A stretch of DNA of 63,598 nt, filler included, from Lenisia limosa (taxonomy: Eukaryota; Protista; Breviatea): NCBI GenBank assembly GCA_001655205.1. It is 13 parts of 13 records of this genome, joined end to end, with 100 filler letters (N's around TTAATTAATTAA, not from the genome) between each part and the next. Parts side by side here need not be neighbours in the genome. Positions count along the whole stretch, not along the records: positions 1 to 13,736 come from LPNZ01003930.1; 12 more parts are not named here. One strand, written 5' to 3'. Positions 1 through 12,378 of the stretch are shown here, in pieces. The position numbers and the translations under genes are program-made. The notes beneath the pieces were generated by a model that had not been told where the DNA came from, ran no database searches, and saw nothing but the letters and a program-made list of their open reading frames with translations. Each line of letters opens with the position of its first letter. Position 1 is the first letter of the stretch.

Positions 1-1407
1 TCTCGGACCCGCCAACAATTGGCCGGCATGCTACCCCATTGTCTACCACAGTATCAAAAACGACATTTCCAGCTTGGGGCAGAGCATCTGTCGTCGCCAA
101 TACTTCAACTGGTGGCGTATGGGGGCTGATGAAACATATCTCCATAAATAACGTCAGCGTGGCGGTGTGGGCAGCTTCGGTAGTTTCTCCTTTTTCATTT
201 CTCCTTTCTAGACCAGTTTGGGAAACGTTTCAGTTCATTGATTGATATGGTATATGGAGGCATGAATTATTGCTTACGTTACTATCTCATTTTGCCATTC
301 ACAGCACAATCACGTCACCTTTCCAGTTACCTTCATTACATACTGTGCCAATGCTGCTGCTGCCACTGCTTTCCTTATGTCTGGAGAGGGAAACAATGTG
401 CGGGGGTGCAGGGTGGTGGGTATTTGGTACAATAACACGGGATTTACCTCCGGTCTGAATAAGGGCAATTAGTGGAGAGGTTCATTGTGGTGAGTGCTCC
501 CACGGACCATATTGAATACGATTTAACCCTTTGTAGGATTTGGATTACCAAAACACGTAACGCCATGATAAGCAGAAAAGACCAATACGTATCTCATCGC
601 AATACTTGACTTTTTGCCTTTATCACACTATAGGGAGCCCAAGACTTTGGAATCGCCCTGGCCTGGCTTGTGCTCTACCCAGGCCTTGCGTTCTTCCTGT
701 GGTACTTCAGATTCTATAACGCTGTCAAGTGGGAGGATTTCGACTGCATTTCTCAACATTTTTTTTTTTGTAATATGCTTTCATTCCATCTTTGCTTCTT
801 TTGGAATATTCTTTTTTTTCATCTTTGCTCCCCAGGAATAATCAACCCTCTGGCTACGGATTCTTCTGGATCTTCTTCACCCTCCACTTCATCATCATCG
901 CCATCTCTTGCATTGGTATTCAAGGACNNNNNNNNNNNNNNNNNNNNNNNNNNNNNNNNNNNNNNNNNNNNNNNNNNNNNNNNNNNNNNNNNNNNNNNNN
1001 NNNNNNNNGTTGCAAACCAACTTCCTTTAGAAAGTCCTCACTATAACTCTACCTTTGTACGTTGCCTCCAAAACAACAAGATTGGAGGGATTCAACAACA
1101 TCCTGCATTCTCTAGCACCAAAACTAACTATTCAGTGGCTTCATCCACATGAAGATTCTTCTGGATGAGAACAAACAGGTTGAAGCATTCTTTGCCATTG
1201 CCTCTTTTGCCTGCTTCTTCTTCTGGTAGGCTGTTTGTGTTTAATGTGAGGGAGGATTGTTTTTTTTTTGTTTTTTTTTGTTGTTGTGAAGTTATCCCAT
1301 TCATTCCGCGTACATTTCTGTTTTCCTGACAACCAAGTTTCATCTGGACCATAGTTATGTACGTGCAGTCTTATAAGCATCAACAGCAAATGGGTAGGAT
1401 TGGTTGA
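1..1407 (+). CDS. SCAMP: Secretory carrier membrane protein (SCAMP family), spliced, 5'-truncated
   Basis: Joined exons read LGPANNWPACYPIVYHSIKNDI..QYFNW / TFITYCANAAAATAFLMSGEG / GAQDFGIALAWLVLYPGLAFFLWYFRFYNAVK / NNQPSGYGFFWIFFTLHFIIIAISCIGIQG / GFIHMKILLDENKQVEAFFAIASFACFFFW. This matches the SCAMP NNWP motif, the LWY E-peptide region and four TM helices. The last exon and stop are tentative. Confidence 0.85.
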
Positions 1408-1962
1408 CTTGTTCGTGACATCTGGGGAGGCTTCGACGCCTTGATACGCTATTTATTAATATATTTTTTAGATTTATTAGCAATAGGTATATCTAACCCC
1501 CCCCCCCCNNNNNNNNNNNNNNNNNNNNNNNNNNNNNNNNNNNNNNNNNNNNNNNNNNNNNNNNNNNNNNNNNNAAGCAAAGAAGGCCGTCATTGGATGA
1601 TAGGCTTCTGTTAATGTATTTTATGTTTCTTGACCAAGCTGTTCCCATGTGTAATAACACCAAATCTTTACGTCTTGCAATGAGACAATACATATATAAG
1701 TGGACGCACCAAGGGCGCACTGAACACAGATGGGGTATATACCAGTGTACCAGTCTTCCTTATCCATGCGAAATGCAAAACTCAAATAGGTCCGGTTTTA
1801 AGTGTAAGCAGTCCCGGCAGCGCGGGCAAAGTGTGGAAATTTTTTCTAAAATTGAATCCCCGTTTCCACTGTTTGACTTAGGTTTGTGGTTATTAAAGCT
1901 GTAATATTGCAGTATTCTGTCCATTTTTGAGTTGACAGTTCAGACAGAACAGACTTGAAAAA

Positions 1963-4900
1963 ATGTTGAAGGTGTTTGCCTTTTTCGCGTTGATCGCACT
2001 TGCCCTTGGCCTCACTAAGAAGGAGGTCACTGATACCCTCGGATCTGTTGACGGAAACGACCACGTTGGTTTTCAATTTCTTCCAATTCCTCTTACCACG
2101 CTAGATCCACGTTGTTATCGTTGCTGGTTCTGACACATGGGGCAACTATCGCCACCAGGTTAGATATTACCTCTATTCTTCCTTGATGACTCACGAAATC
2201 TTCTCACGTTCTTTCCAGGCTGATGCCTACCACGCCTACCAGTCCGTTGTTGAGCACGGAATCCCTACTGAGAATATCATTGTGATGCACACTGTTTGTG
2301 GGGTAGAGCTGGTCCGATCATACCGATACTGAAGCTGCCCTCTGAGTTCTGATCATGGATACTTTAGGACGACATTGCCAACAACCGCCGCAACCCCCTC
2401 AAGGGTTACGTCCGCAACTACCCCAGGTTTCTGGGGTGAAACAGTGAAGCTAGTAAATTATCACAATAACTCATGGCATTCGTGGTAAAAAGTTGAGCCA
2501 TCTTCATGTCATGACACGTCTTTGGCTGTTTTGAAATCCTGAAATTCTCACAACATAGCCGTGATGCGCCCAACGTGTATGAAGGTGTCCCCAAGCACTA
2601 CACTGGTAATGATGTCACTCCCGCCAACTTCCTCTCCGTCCTCGTTGGTATGCCTGGCTTTTTAGTACCCAAGCGTTGTTTCCTTGTTTTAATGGCTTTA
2701 TCATAAATCCTCCCATTCACCCCTCCTTATTGCAATATCTGTCATTACAATGTTTACTATAAATGCCAACTTACCCCCCACCCCCTCTGTAGGTAACGCC
2801 ACCCGTTCCGGCGGTCCCGTTCTCGAGACCACCAAGGATGACCGTGTCTTTGTCTTCTTCGGTATGCCACGGTTATTGTATCCTCTCTCAGGGCAATATG
2901 GTTCAGCTTTTACGAAATGTACTACATTTTGATCGTTGTCATAATAAATATCATATATATATACATGTATACATCTCGAAAATACTGACTTGCTTGAGGG
3001 ACTTATTATCTACCCACCGGTAATCATTTGTAGTCGACCATGGAGGCCCCGGCATCCTTGCCTTCCCCAACGAGTACCTCCATGCCGCTGACCTCATCAA
3101 CGCTCTCAACGAGATGCACGCCAAGAACATGTACAAACAACTCGTCTTCTACGTTGAGGCTTGCTTTGCNNNNNNNNNNNNNNNNNNNNNNNNNNNNNNN
3201 NNNNNNNNNNNNNNNNNNNNNNNNNNNNNNNNNNNNNNNNNNNNNNNNNNNNNNNNNNNNNNNNNNNNNNNNNNNNNNNNNNNNNNNNNNNNNNNNNNNN
3301 NNNNNNNNNNNNNNNNNNNNNNNNNNNNNNNNNNNNNNNNNNNNNNNNNNNNNNNNNNNNNNNNNNNNNNNNNNNNNNNNNNNNNNNNNNNNNNNNNNNN
3401 NNNNNNNNNCCGCCAACCCCAACCAGTCCTCCTTCGTGTGCTACGAAGACAGCCAACTCGGCACTTACCTTGGTGAGTCTTGTGGATAGCATTACCTTGG
3501 GATACTCTTCTTGTATCACTGAGCACTCTTTCCATAAGTAGCATTTATAAACACCTATTCTTGATCTTTGTCCACCCCCCACACCCCTCACATTCAAGGT
3601 GACTTCTACGACATTGCTTGGATTGAAAACACCGACAAGGTTGATACCACCTCCGAGACCCTCCAGGAGCAATATGAGGTGCACTAGAGAAATCTATTAA
3701 ATGCAGCCTTCCGTTTTAAAACAATAGTCTCACCTGTCATCATCCATATCATTAACCCCACAGCTCATCACCCACTGGGTCAACGCGTCCATGATCTGCC
3801 AATACGGTGACCTCAGCATTGCCCAACAGCCCGTCTGTACGAGGGGGGTATTTACAAACGGGAGGAGTTTCACTTTTGAGAAGACCTCAATTGGTCGTAT
3901 TCGATAGACCCTCGAAAAGTATTGAAAAATCCTGTAAATATCTTCGGCAACATGGATGTTCGCATCTATTGTTGAATGGCTTGGACTGTACGCGGCTGTG
4001 TTTTATGAATGTAGCCGACTTCATGGGAAGCAAACAAGCCAAGACCTTCCCCACCACCAACCTCGCTGCCCCCAAGGAGGTAAGCGAAACTGTTCGTTAC
4101 TCCTGATTTTTCAGGGGGTATTTTCAGCTTGGACGGCTTCAGTCCTGGTTCCCTTGTGGACCATTTCTCACATTCTAGGTTATTCCAGCTCGTGAAGCTG
4201 AGAGGAACACTTTTATTGGCCACCTCATCTCTGAGGGTTTGGGGGGTTTGCCTTCCCACTGTCAATGGGTTCATATTTATGCAATTAGTATACTTCACAT
4301 ATCTGCAAAATCTTCAATTGATCTCCAATATATTATTTTACCATTGCTATGTTTAATAGTCCAGAATTGTACATAACCTCCCAGGCGTTTCAGCCAAGGC
4401 TGCCGAGGCCGTCGTCGCCCAGCAAGAGAAGTACATCAACAACCTGTTTACCAAGGTCCAGAGCGTTCTCTCCAACCAGTGCGGGGGAGGGGGGTAAGGC
4501 TTCACTTCGGTTCGGGAAAATATCGATAGTTTTCGAGGATTTATAGAGAAATTTAGTCTTTTTCCAAACCGAAGTTAAGCCCAGGGGGTGCACAATTGAA
4601 TCAGATTTGTTAATTCATTTACTCGTAAAACCTACATCATCTGGGTCTGACACCCCAGGCACCCCATCCTCAGCCTCCCCGAGCCACCCTGCAAGAAGAA
4701 GTGCGACACCAGCTGCATGTGCTACGAGTACTGCGAGTACCGCCATGTCTTCGTAGGGGGCGGCTAGTGTTATTATGAGGATTTGTAGAAGCCCCAATAT
4801 ACATAAGTATTTATAGTTATTTGATACGACCGTTTGGGTCAAAAAAAAATCTATTATTTTCGTATAATGTGTGTACTATATCTTCCATTAGAGAAGCAGG

Positions 4901-5505
4901 ATAAATTGAGAATTTGAAATTTAGTGATCTGACCGATCAGGGTATGTGTGAGAAACTTTGCTGTTCAGACACTCTCGAGGGCTGCCACGTCTTCAACGCT
5001 GGACTTGACCACCCCACCTGCAGCAAGGTACTCAAGGGGGTGTTAATCCTATCCAACTTGTCTTGTTTGGAAACAGGAACTGATCTGTAAATGCCTCGAG
5101 AGTTGATTCGGAAACTACATAGCAAAAACCGTATTGATGTTCTTAGGATCTCATCAACGCCATCACCAAGACTTGTGGGCTCAAGTACAACCTCCACGTA
5201 AGCTTTACGACTGATGCCTTTGATATCTTGAATATTCAATCCTGCTATTGAAAATGGCTTCATCATCATAAGAGCTCTTCGGTACAAACGTCACCATAAT
5301 CCCAATGTTGTTGTGGTTGGGTTGCGTTCCAACCCCCCATCCCCCACCATTATTCCATTTCCTCCTCCCCTTACTCTTCATCGAAATTTCCTTCATCCCC
5401 CAGATTGCCGAACGCCTCGACCGTCTCGTGACCCTGTGTGTCGAGCCTGCTGTCAACGGCCTGACCTTCAAGCAAATGACCGACGTTATTGCCCCCCTCT
5501 GCTAG
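1963..5505 (+). CDS. LGMN: Legumain / asparaginyl endopeptidase (peptidase C13), ~18 exons
   Basis: Signal peptide MLKVFAFFALIALALG, then HVVIVAGSDTWGNYRHQADAYHAYQ, DDIANNRRNP, YTGNDVTPANFLSVL, catalytic DHGG and YVEAC, and CQYGDLSI. The C-terminal prodomain ends at TAG 5503-5505. Partly N-masked. Confidence 0.95.
4495..4582. mobile_element. MITE family A copy in a legumain intron
   Basis: TA-AGGCTTCACTTCGGTTCGG..CCAAACCGAAGTTAAGCC with the family core ATATCGATAGTTTTCGAGGATTTATAGAGAAATT. Confidence 0.8.
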
Positions 5506-5891
5506 GCGTATAGGAGTATTATTGGTTTTGAAATGTATGGAACATCATCAAAGGTCGAAGGCTTCTTCATTCTTCTGTTTTTATCAATAATGCAACTTGA
5601 CGGTCTTCAGCCAGCAGGCCAGTTGCAGGCCTGTCTTTCTCTGTCTGTCTTGATCAAGTCTTGATTGTTAATTTGAGGCAGATTTGAGGGAGGGGACCGA
5701 AAAATTGCCGATGTTATGCAGGAAGGTTGTGCGTTAAGGTCTTGTTGACCATCCCGACGGCTTGGTTTATGGCATTTTTTGCTGCCATTTCGAGAATTCT
5801 CTTCATAAACATATTAAAACAGTAATTATCTACGTAATATATTAGGATAACTTGAGAAATAACAGCTAACGTTCCTCTTTTTGGGGCACTC

Positions 5892-8800
5892 ATGTTCTCC
5901 AAGCGACACCATGGTCTACTCGTTGCCCTGTTTATTTTACTAAACACCCATTTATGCGTTTCGGAAGGTTAGGAGAGTGATTTCTCGAAATCACCTTACA
6001 TGTGACGTTTGCCCTCTCACAAGCCGCAGTGAGTACCCCCTTCGGTTATCTCCTTGACTCTGGAGTGCTAAAGAGCTATTCTTTCGATATCAGCGGGGCC
6101 ACGGTTCTTTTGGAGCGCGACACCACTTTTGACGTACCTTATACAAACTCTTTGATTGGTGGGAATGGATTATAGGATTATTCCACGTTCTCTTATTAGT
6201 GTTACGTCATTTATTCCATTGAATTGAAGAAACGTGATTCTGGGTATATGTATGGAAAATGAAGCCATATAAACATGATGTCCCTTCCCCTGGTAATGTA
6301 TTGTATTCATACATACTCACTTCATCACTCAATGTGAGAGCATCGAAATAGGTTCAAGTTCAAACAATTTGCATTGTGACAGAGGAGGGATAACTGGGTC
6401 ATAAACATTGTTTAAAAATTATGTTTGTACCAAACAAGCCTCTAAATTGGGTGACAAGTCTCTCTCTAATTACTCTTATCTGTTTTCCTTGTATTAAAGT
6501 ACCCCCCCCCCCCCNNNNNNNNNNNNNNNNNNNNNNNNNNNNNNNNNNNNNNNNNNNNNNNNNNNNNNNNNNCTGTTAATAATGGCATTTATTCTATTGG
6601 TAGGCTTGTAGATTAATGACAGATTACTTGCACTGTAAATCTAGCATAACAACGTTCTTTAGTTATCAAATATTCTGCTCTTTTGTATTTTTTTTTTTTG
6701 TTTTGGCAGCTAAACATATTTGCTCAAATAACCATATTTTGTATTTGGCTTGTTTACAAAAGAGCACCTGTAATGTAATGATCCAGTGAATAAGAACGCC
6801 CAAGAGTCAGACTCATTTGTACTTCCTTCGAATGTTCGAGTTCTATCAATTGAGAAAGAAGTGGGTGATGAGAGTTTCAAGCTGGTGAATAATTGGCATT
6901 ATCGAGTGTCCATGGTTTTGGCGTGGGTTGATATCAACCATTCCCACCGAGTTCAAATTTCAATAATGCATTCTGTTACGACCAGTTGAAGTGTACCTGT
7001 TCTTCATAACATTTGTTTTAGGCGTTCCAAGCTGAACAGGCTTTATTGGCACTGTGCGTGGACAAAACCGCTAACAGGCTGTTTATTGCCCGCTACATCT
7101 TCTCAAATGACGTGACTATTAACTCGGTAGGGTGTAAGCTACTTTGTTTCTTTCCATCATCGTCCTGGCAGCAGTATGTGACAGAAGCAACAGCCTTATA
7201 CTGTAGATGGGAATGCAAAGGAAGGACCTCTCAGCCTCATTCAAATACGCCGGGGTGGGTGTGAGTGCCTACGATCCAGTGAACCGAATGATGTTCTTCA
7301 TGCTTGCCGACGGCAGTGGCGCTCAGTCCATTGTCACGTTCGATGCAAATACCATGTTGGTGGATATGTTCAAATATTATCTGTATTTCTTGTAGTTGTT
7401 TCCGCTATGACCAGGCAGGACCGTCACTTCTGTGGCCAGTGTATCATTTACTGTCATTTCCCTGGACTTCTGGGTTGGCAAAGGCCTTTACTCAACTTCA
7501 TTCGATTCGGAGACTGTGAGTGGGAAGAAAAATGATACTATTTTGACAGAATTTACGAGCTATTTCACTGACAACAACAGGGAAAAAGTGCTCTTCATTC
7601 ATTCAAAATGGGAGTTGTCTCAAAGATTCATGAGTATGTTTGGAAACAACTGGTTACAAGAATTAAGTAACTCCGCTATATAATTAATGTATGAAAGAGA
7701 AGCTTTTCCTTCACCCCGCAGGTTTTCAAGCGATTCTCTCTTTTTCTTCCGAAGCGATCTGGACCAATTAGCTGGGAAATTGACAATCGTGTCAAGATCG
7801 CTCAGTGTCATGAAGGTGTGGGGACTGTTACTATTTATTTACACCAAGCTTTATAAATTCCTTATCCAGGTGGATTAAATGTGATAAAACCTCATACATC
7901 CTAGCTTCTTTCCATTTCGCTGGACGATCTGAGTGCCCTATCCACCTCCGATATTTCAAGTTATTCGGTTCTTGATTTCTTCTACACCCAAAGTAAGTGG
8001 AACACATAATTTCTGCCAGTTGATAGGTGAAATGTGAGTGTGACAATATTAATTAAGCGTCAGTTTTTTCACAATTTAGCTGAAAACTGGTCATGCCGCT
8101 TTTTTGATGACGACGGTACTCCTGGCTTTGTACACGTAAACGGGCAATCTTCAAAATCTTCCATTTTTCCTTCATTTGCTTTTGTAATATATTCTTAGAG
8201 CTATGAGCCAGCCATTAGAGCGGAAACAGTAGTACCGGGAACGGTTGTGACTGTATCTGCAAGTCCTGGTTATTTTATCATCAACAAAGGTGGTTGATTG
8301 GTGCTCCATAAAATTATTGACGTTTAACATTCACTCAATCATTGAAAACAATTGCTTGACTTTGATTCCTCTCAATAGATTAAATTTTACTGACCGAATA
8401 GATGCCGATCATTCAGCCTTGTGTAACGCAGATAAAACGTGGTCAAAATCGGGCTCTTCTGTTGCCAAGGTGGGTCAATAGCATAGTGAATTGAATATGA
8501 AAAAGAGTACTCTTTCGTAAGCAAATCTACTTGCCTTCTCTCATCAGTTTATTTCAGGTACCAGCCATTTCAAATGTCCAAATGAACCCCCCAGTCACAC
8601 CTTCGGTTGAGACTGTAACGCTGAGTTTTACTCCTCTTGATACTGCTTCTGCTGAGGACTGTGTCATTGAATGGACTGTAAAGGGAACTGTATGTGGAGG
8701 ATTGTCCTTTTTTTAGCTATTGATTACGTTGTATATTCCTACTAAAGGTTTCACTGGTCCAAACTGGTGGATTTCGTTTTCGAAAATGTACCGAAAAAAT

Positions 8801-11800
8801 ATGTAGTCCATAATAGTTCTGCAGCTTAACCTTGCTTGTTTTGGCAGATTAACTTTCCAGGTTGTGGGTGTTACGTCAACAGTTCTCAACATTCGTGACA
8901 TCAACGGAGGACAATTACTGGATGAAGGAGACGTGGTAACTGTCTGAGGGGTACAATGCTCTTTTGCAACAATAGAATAATACGCTTCTATTATGTCCTA
9001 TCTTGTGTTAATTAGCATGAAAATATATTCGGCATTTGACCTTTTTAACATATCCAGGTGTCAGTAACCCCAATGACATCCTCAATTTACAACGAAGATG
9101 ATTATGTCCCTTCTGTCACTAAAGTTACGGTTTGCTGCAACAGATAATCAGCTTCAATAGTTTAAATGTATTCCTTTCGCCAATACTTGTGAAATCTATA
9201 ATATCTCACTGGCTTTCTGATAAATGGAATCAAGCTATCCATTCCACCATGTGAATAGATATTGATGATTTCATGCCAAATATAACACCCAGATTTCTGC
9301 CACTGCCGTAGCCTGCCCAGATTTCTGTCGAAGCTGTTCATCAGAAACTGTCTGTACGGAATGTCATGACAACTTCTTTGTCAAACAGGTTAGCTCCTCA
9401 TCAATGTTATTAATTATTGTCATGCAAATTGTGACAATATACAGTTTGTATTACGTTCAATCTTACCTAAACTCATTCAAATTAGACCTGGCTTTGAGGT
9501 TTGTTTGTTAAAAAAGCAATCCTCAATGATATACTCGAGACTTTTAAACTAAGCGGAATTCCAATTAACCACCTATAACCCCCTCTCCAGTCCGGCTCGT
9601 CATTTATCTGTTCGCCATGCCCCGCAGGATGTCCAAAATGCTCCCGTACCGGCCAGTGTGACACCTGTGCCGCCGGGCTGAGATGGGACACTGATAAGTG
9701 CAATGTAAGGGGGGTAAAATTGTCTGATGGAGAGGAAGGGAAATCAACAATTGTATATATCATACAATATCATATCATATGTTTACACTATTATTGTGTA
9801 TATTTGATTCACCAAAACAAACCTCGTCAAAAGATTACAAAATTGACTTTTGTTAGGTTTGTTCAGGTGCCACCTATCCCTCTGTCAACAACACCCCCGG
9901 ATCCTGCATATCCTGTGTTGAAGGGTGCGGGGCATGTGACGGACCTGGGTTGGAGAAGTGTTCAACTTGCCAGGCTGGGTTATATCGGGACTTCAAATTT
10001 GGCTCGTGTGTAGCCGAGTGTCAACCTGGTGAATACCCTCAGATCTCAGGATCGTTCAGTGATTGTACCGTAAGCAATGGTTGAGATTTAATTACTTTTC
10101 TGATATACATTTTAACAAGTGACATGTTCCTGTTGACTAAATAGACGTGCACGATTGGATGTGACATTTGCACTGCGAGAGGCCTCAGTGACACGGCTTG
10201 TTCACAGTGTGCAAACGGCTTTCACCGGTCCCTTAGCGGCAACTGTGTTTATGACAATGACGTTGCATGTCCAATTGGCTACTTCCTGGACAGCGAAGGC
10301 GACGAGGCCAAGTGCTCCAGTTGGGGGAGGGGGAGTTAAGAAATCAAATGTGCTTTGTCACTGTAGTCGATATGGTGTCAATTTGCACCTACTTGTATTG
10401 TACACTATACCACTAAAGTGTTTTATCTGTGAATAGCGACATCTTGTATTCTTGTTTGAGGATATTTGAATACAGCAGATTTGGTTTACCGACTTTAGAA
10501 TGTCTGGAGAACTGTGCTGAATGCCATGATGGCTCAACGTGTTCAAGGTGTAATGACTGTTTGCTGGGTAACTGAAAAGAACAGCTCTAAGAAACTCACA
10601 ATATTCTGGACCTTATCCTGTTATCAAGAATTGAGGATAAATCTTGATACATTTTTGAAGCACATCTGACTGGAACAGACATGTACAAATGGGAAACACC
10701 AATCACAGATGTTTGCTCAGCACCATGTACCAAACCCGACCTTGACCGGAATACCATTATTCCCGACTACACCCTTTGCGAATCTCATTTCTGTACGAGG
10801 CTTGGATGACTGTCAACATACAACATACGTCTCATATTGTCTCATCAGCATTGTTAGTTTTAGTAACATTGCAGTTCATCTTGTTTCAGTTTGAAAGATT
10901 TTACTTGAATTAACCATTGACTAGATGGAACCTGTCCGTTTATCTGTTCCGTCAATTACGAGGCGCCCCCCGGTAGCGCAGCCACGTGTGTGTTGGAGAA
11001 CGGAGAACCGAAGTGGTCAGGATTCAGCTGTCAAAAAAGTGCGCCGGGGTATCTTATCCCATACTGGGCAAGGTTTAAGTTATTTGTTTGCCTAATAACA
11101 GAATATTTTTACGTATGTAAAAATAAACACAATATACACTCTAATATTATTATGCAATGAACCTCAACTATTTATCTATAATGATATAGCTTCATGTAGG
11201 CTTCTTGAGACATTAACATTGCAGTTGTTTCAATTGAGGAGTCAAGCTCAATGGCTAATATTGAGTCGCAGGAAACTGTGTCTGCTGAAGCTCAGAATCC
11301 TGATGTCATTGCCATATCAACGGATAGCGCTATGAAGGTGGGAACTGGATGAATTTCATGTCACTATTACCATTCTCAAATAAGCGTAATCACAATTTCG
11401 AAGTATTAATGAAATCTCAGGTCACGGGTGCAAGTCTCCTTGCTGTCGGGGCTGCCTTGACGATTGTGCTTGTGGCAAGGAAGAAGAACAAGGTCCAGCC
11501 AGAGTGGCCGGATTCACCAAGAGACAAAGAAATGGACAGGTCAAATGACTATGTTATTGGTTGGAGGGAGGGTGGCGGTATTAGTGGGCAAATACTTACA
11601 TGTTGGGTGTCCACTTGAATGCGTTGCTTCTAATATGGGCCAGTTGCCCCTTCAAATTAAATGGCCCATTGAAGAATATTTTTGAGATCTGAACTTCTCT
11701 CAATAACCCTTCAGAGTCGGAGGTTACGTTCAGCCCCACAGATCAGTTCATCAGCGATAACGACGTTGACGACATCCCGCCTCAGAACCAGGGGGTCAAT

Positions 11801-12013
11801 CTTCACGTAAGTGGGATAAAGGAATGAAATGCAGTATTGGTTACTCGTCTGATGCTCATTTCTGTTCAGGCTGAGTTTTCGTCAAGCAGCCAGGACTTGT
11901 ACTCAATGAACCAAGAGCCTCAGACAAAGCAGAACCCCCTGCCTCAGTACTGTTCGTTTGTATCACGTTCTCAAGCGTCCACTCTGATGTCCCCGACTGT
12001 GGCATGGTCGTAG
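5892..12013 (+). CDS. Large type I membrane protein with furin-like Cys-rich repeats and a sushi/CCP-like domain
   Basis: Signal peptide MFSKRHHGLLVALFILLNTHLCVSE; beta-rich ectodomain exons; CPDFCRSCSSETVCTECHDNFF, CISCVEGCGACDGPGLEKCSTCQAG, CTIGCDICTARGLSDTACSQCANG; GTCPFICSVNYEAPPGSAATCVLENGEPKWSGFSC; TM ASLLAVGAALTIVLVA followed by RKKNK; stop TAG 12011-12013. Confidence 0.8.
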
Positions 12014-12378
12014 ATTGGTCGTCGCGTCCCTAATATTTGTATCGGTTTTGTTCAGTGGGTTTATAATGTGGGTGTTAGAATCCTCGTCTGTATCTAATTA
12101 ATTAATATTATGTTTCTTTATTATTATGTATGTATATGTGTATGAGATTTAATGTATGTCTGTCTTATCGTGTCAAATGTGCCCGGACCAACAAATGCAG
12201 AATCCATAAATAGAAAAGTAGAGATAAAAGCGACGCCACGCGGTCGCCTGAATGGTCAGCATTGTGTGAGAGGATTGACTCAAAAAAGCACCCCAATTCT
12301 TTGATAAACTCAAAGACCAGTGAAGGCAAGAGAACAAAACTGATTTTCCAAAGGGACCCTTGGCTGACCATGAAACAA

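Noticed and set aside
3024-3684. Long ORFs in the supplied track (also 12819-13553, 28924-29433, 35471-35947)
   Set aside because: Their length comes from reading through N runs; the real coding sequence is in short spliced exons.
12165-12371. Hydrophobic ORF downstream of the CapA-like stop
   Set aside because: It lies in the probable 3' UTR with no homology or splice support; probably spurious.
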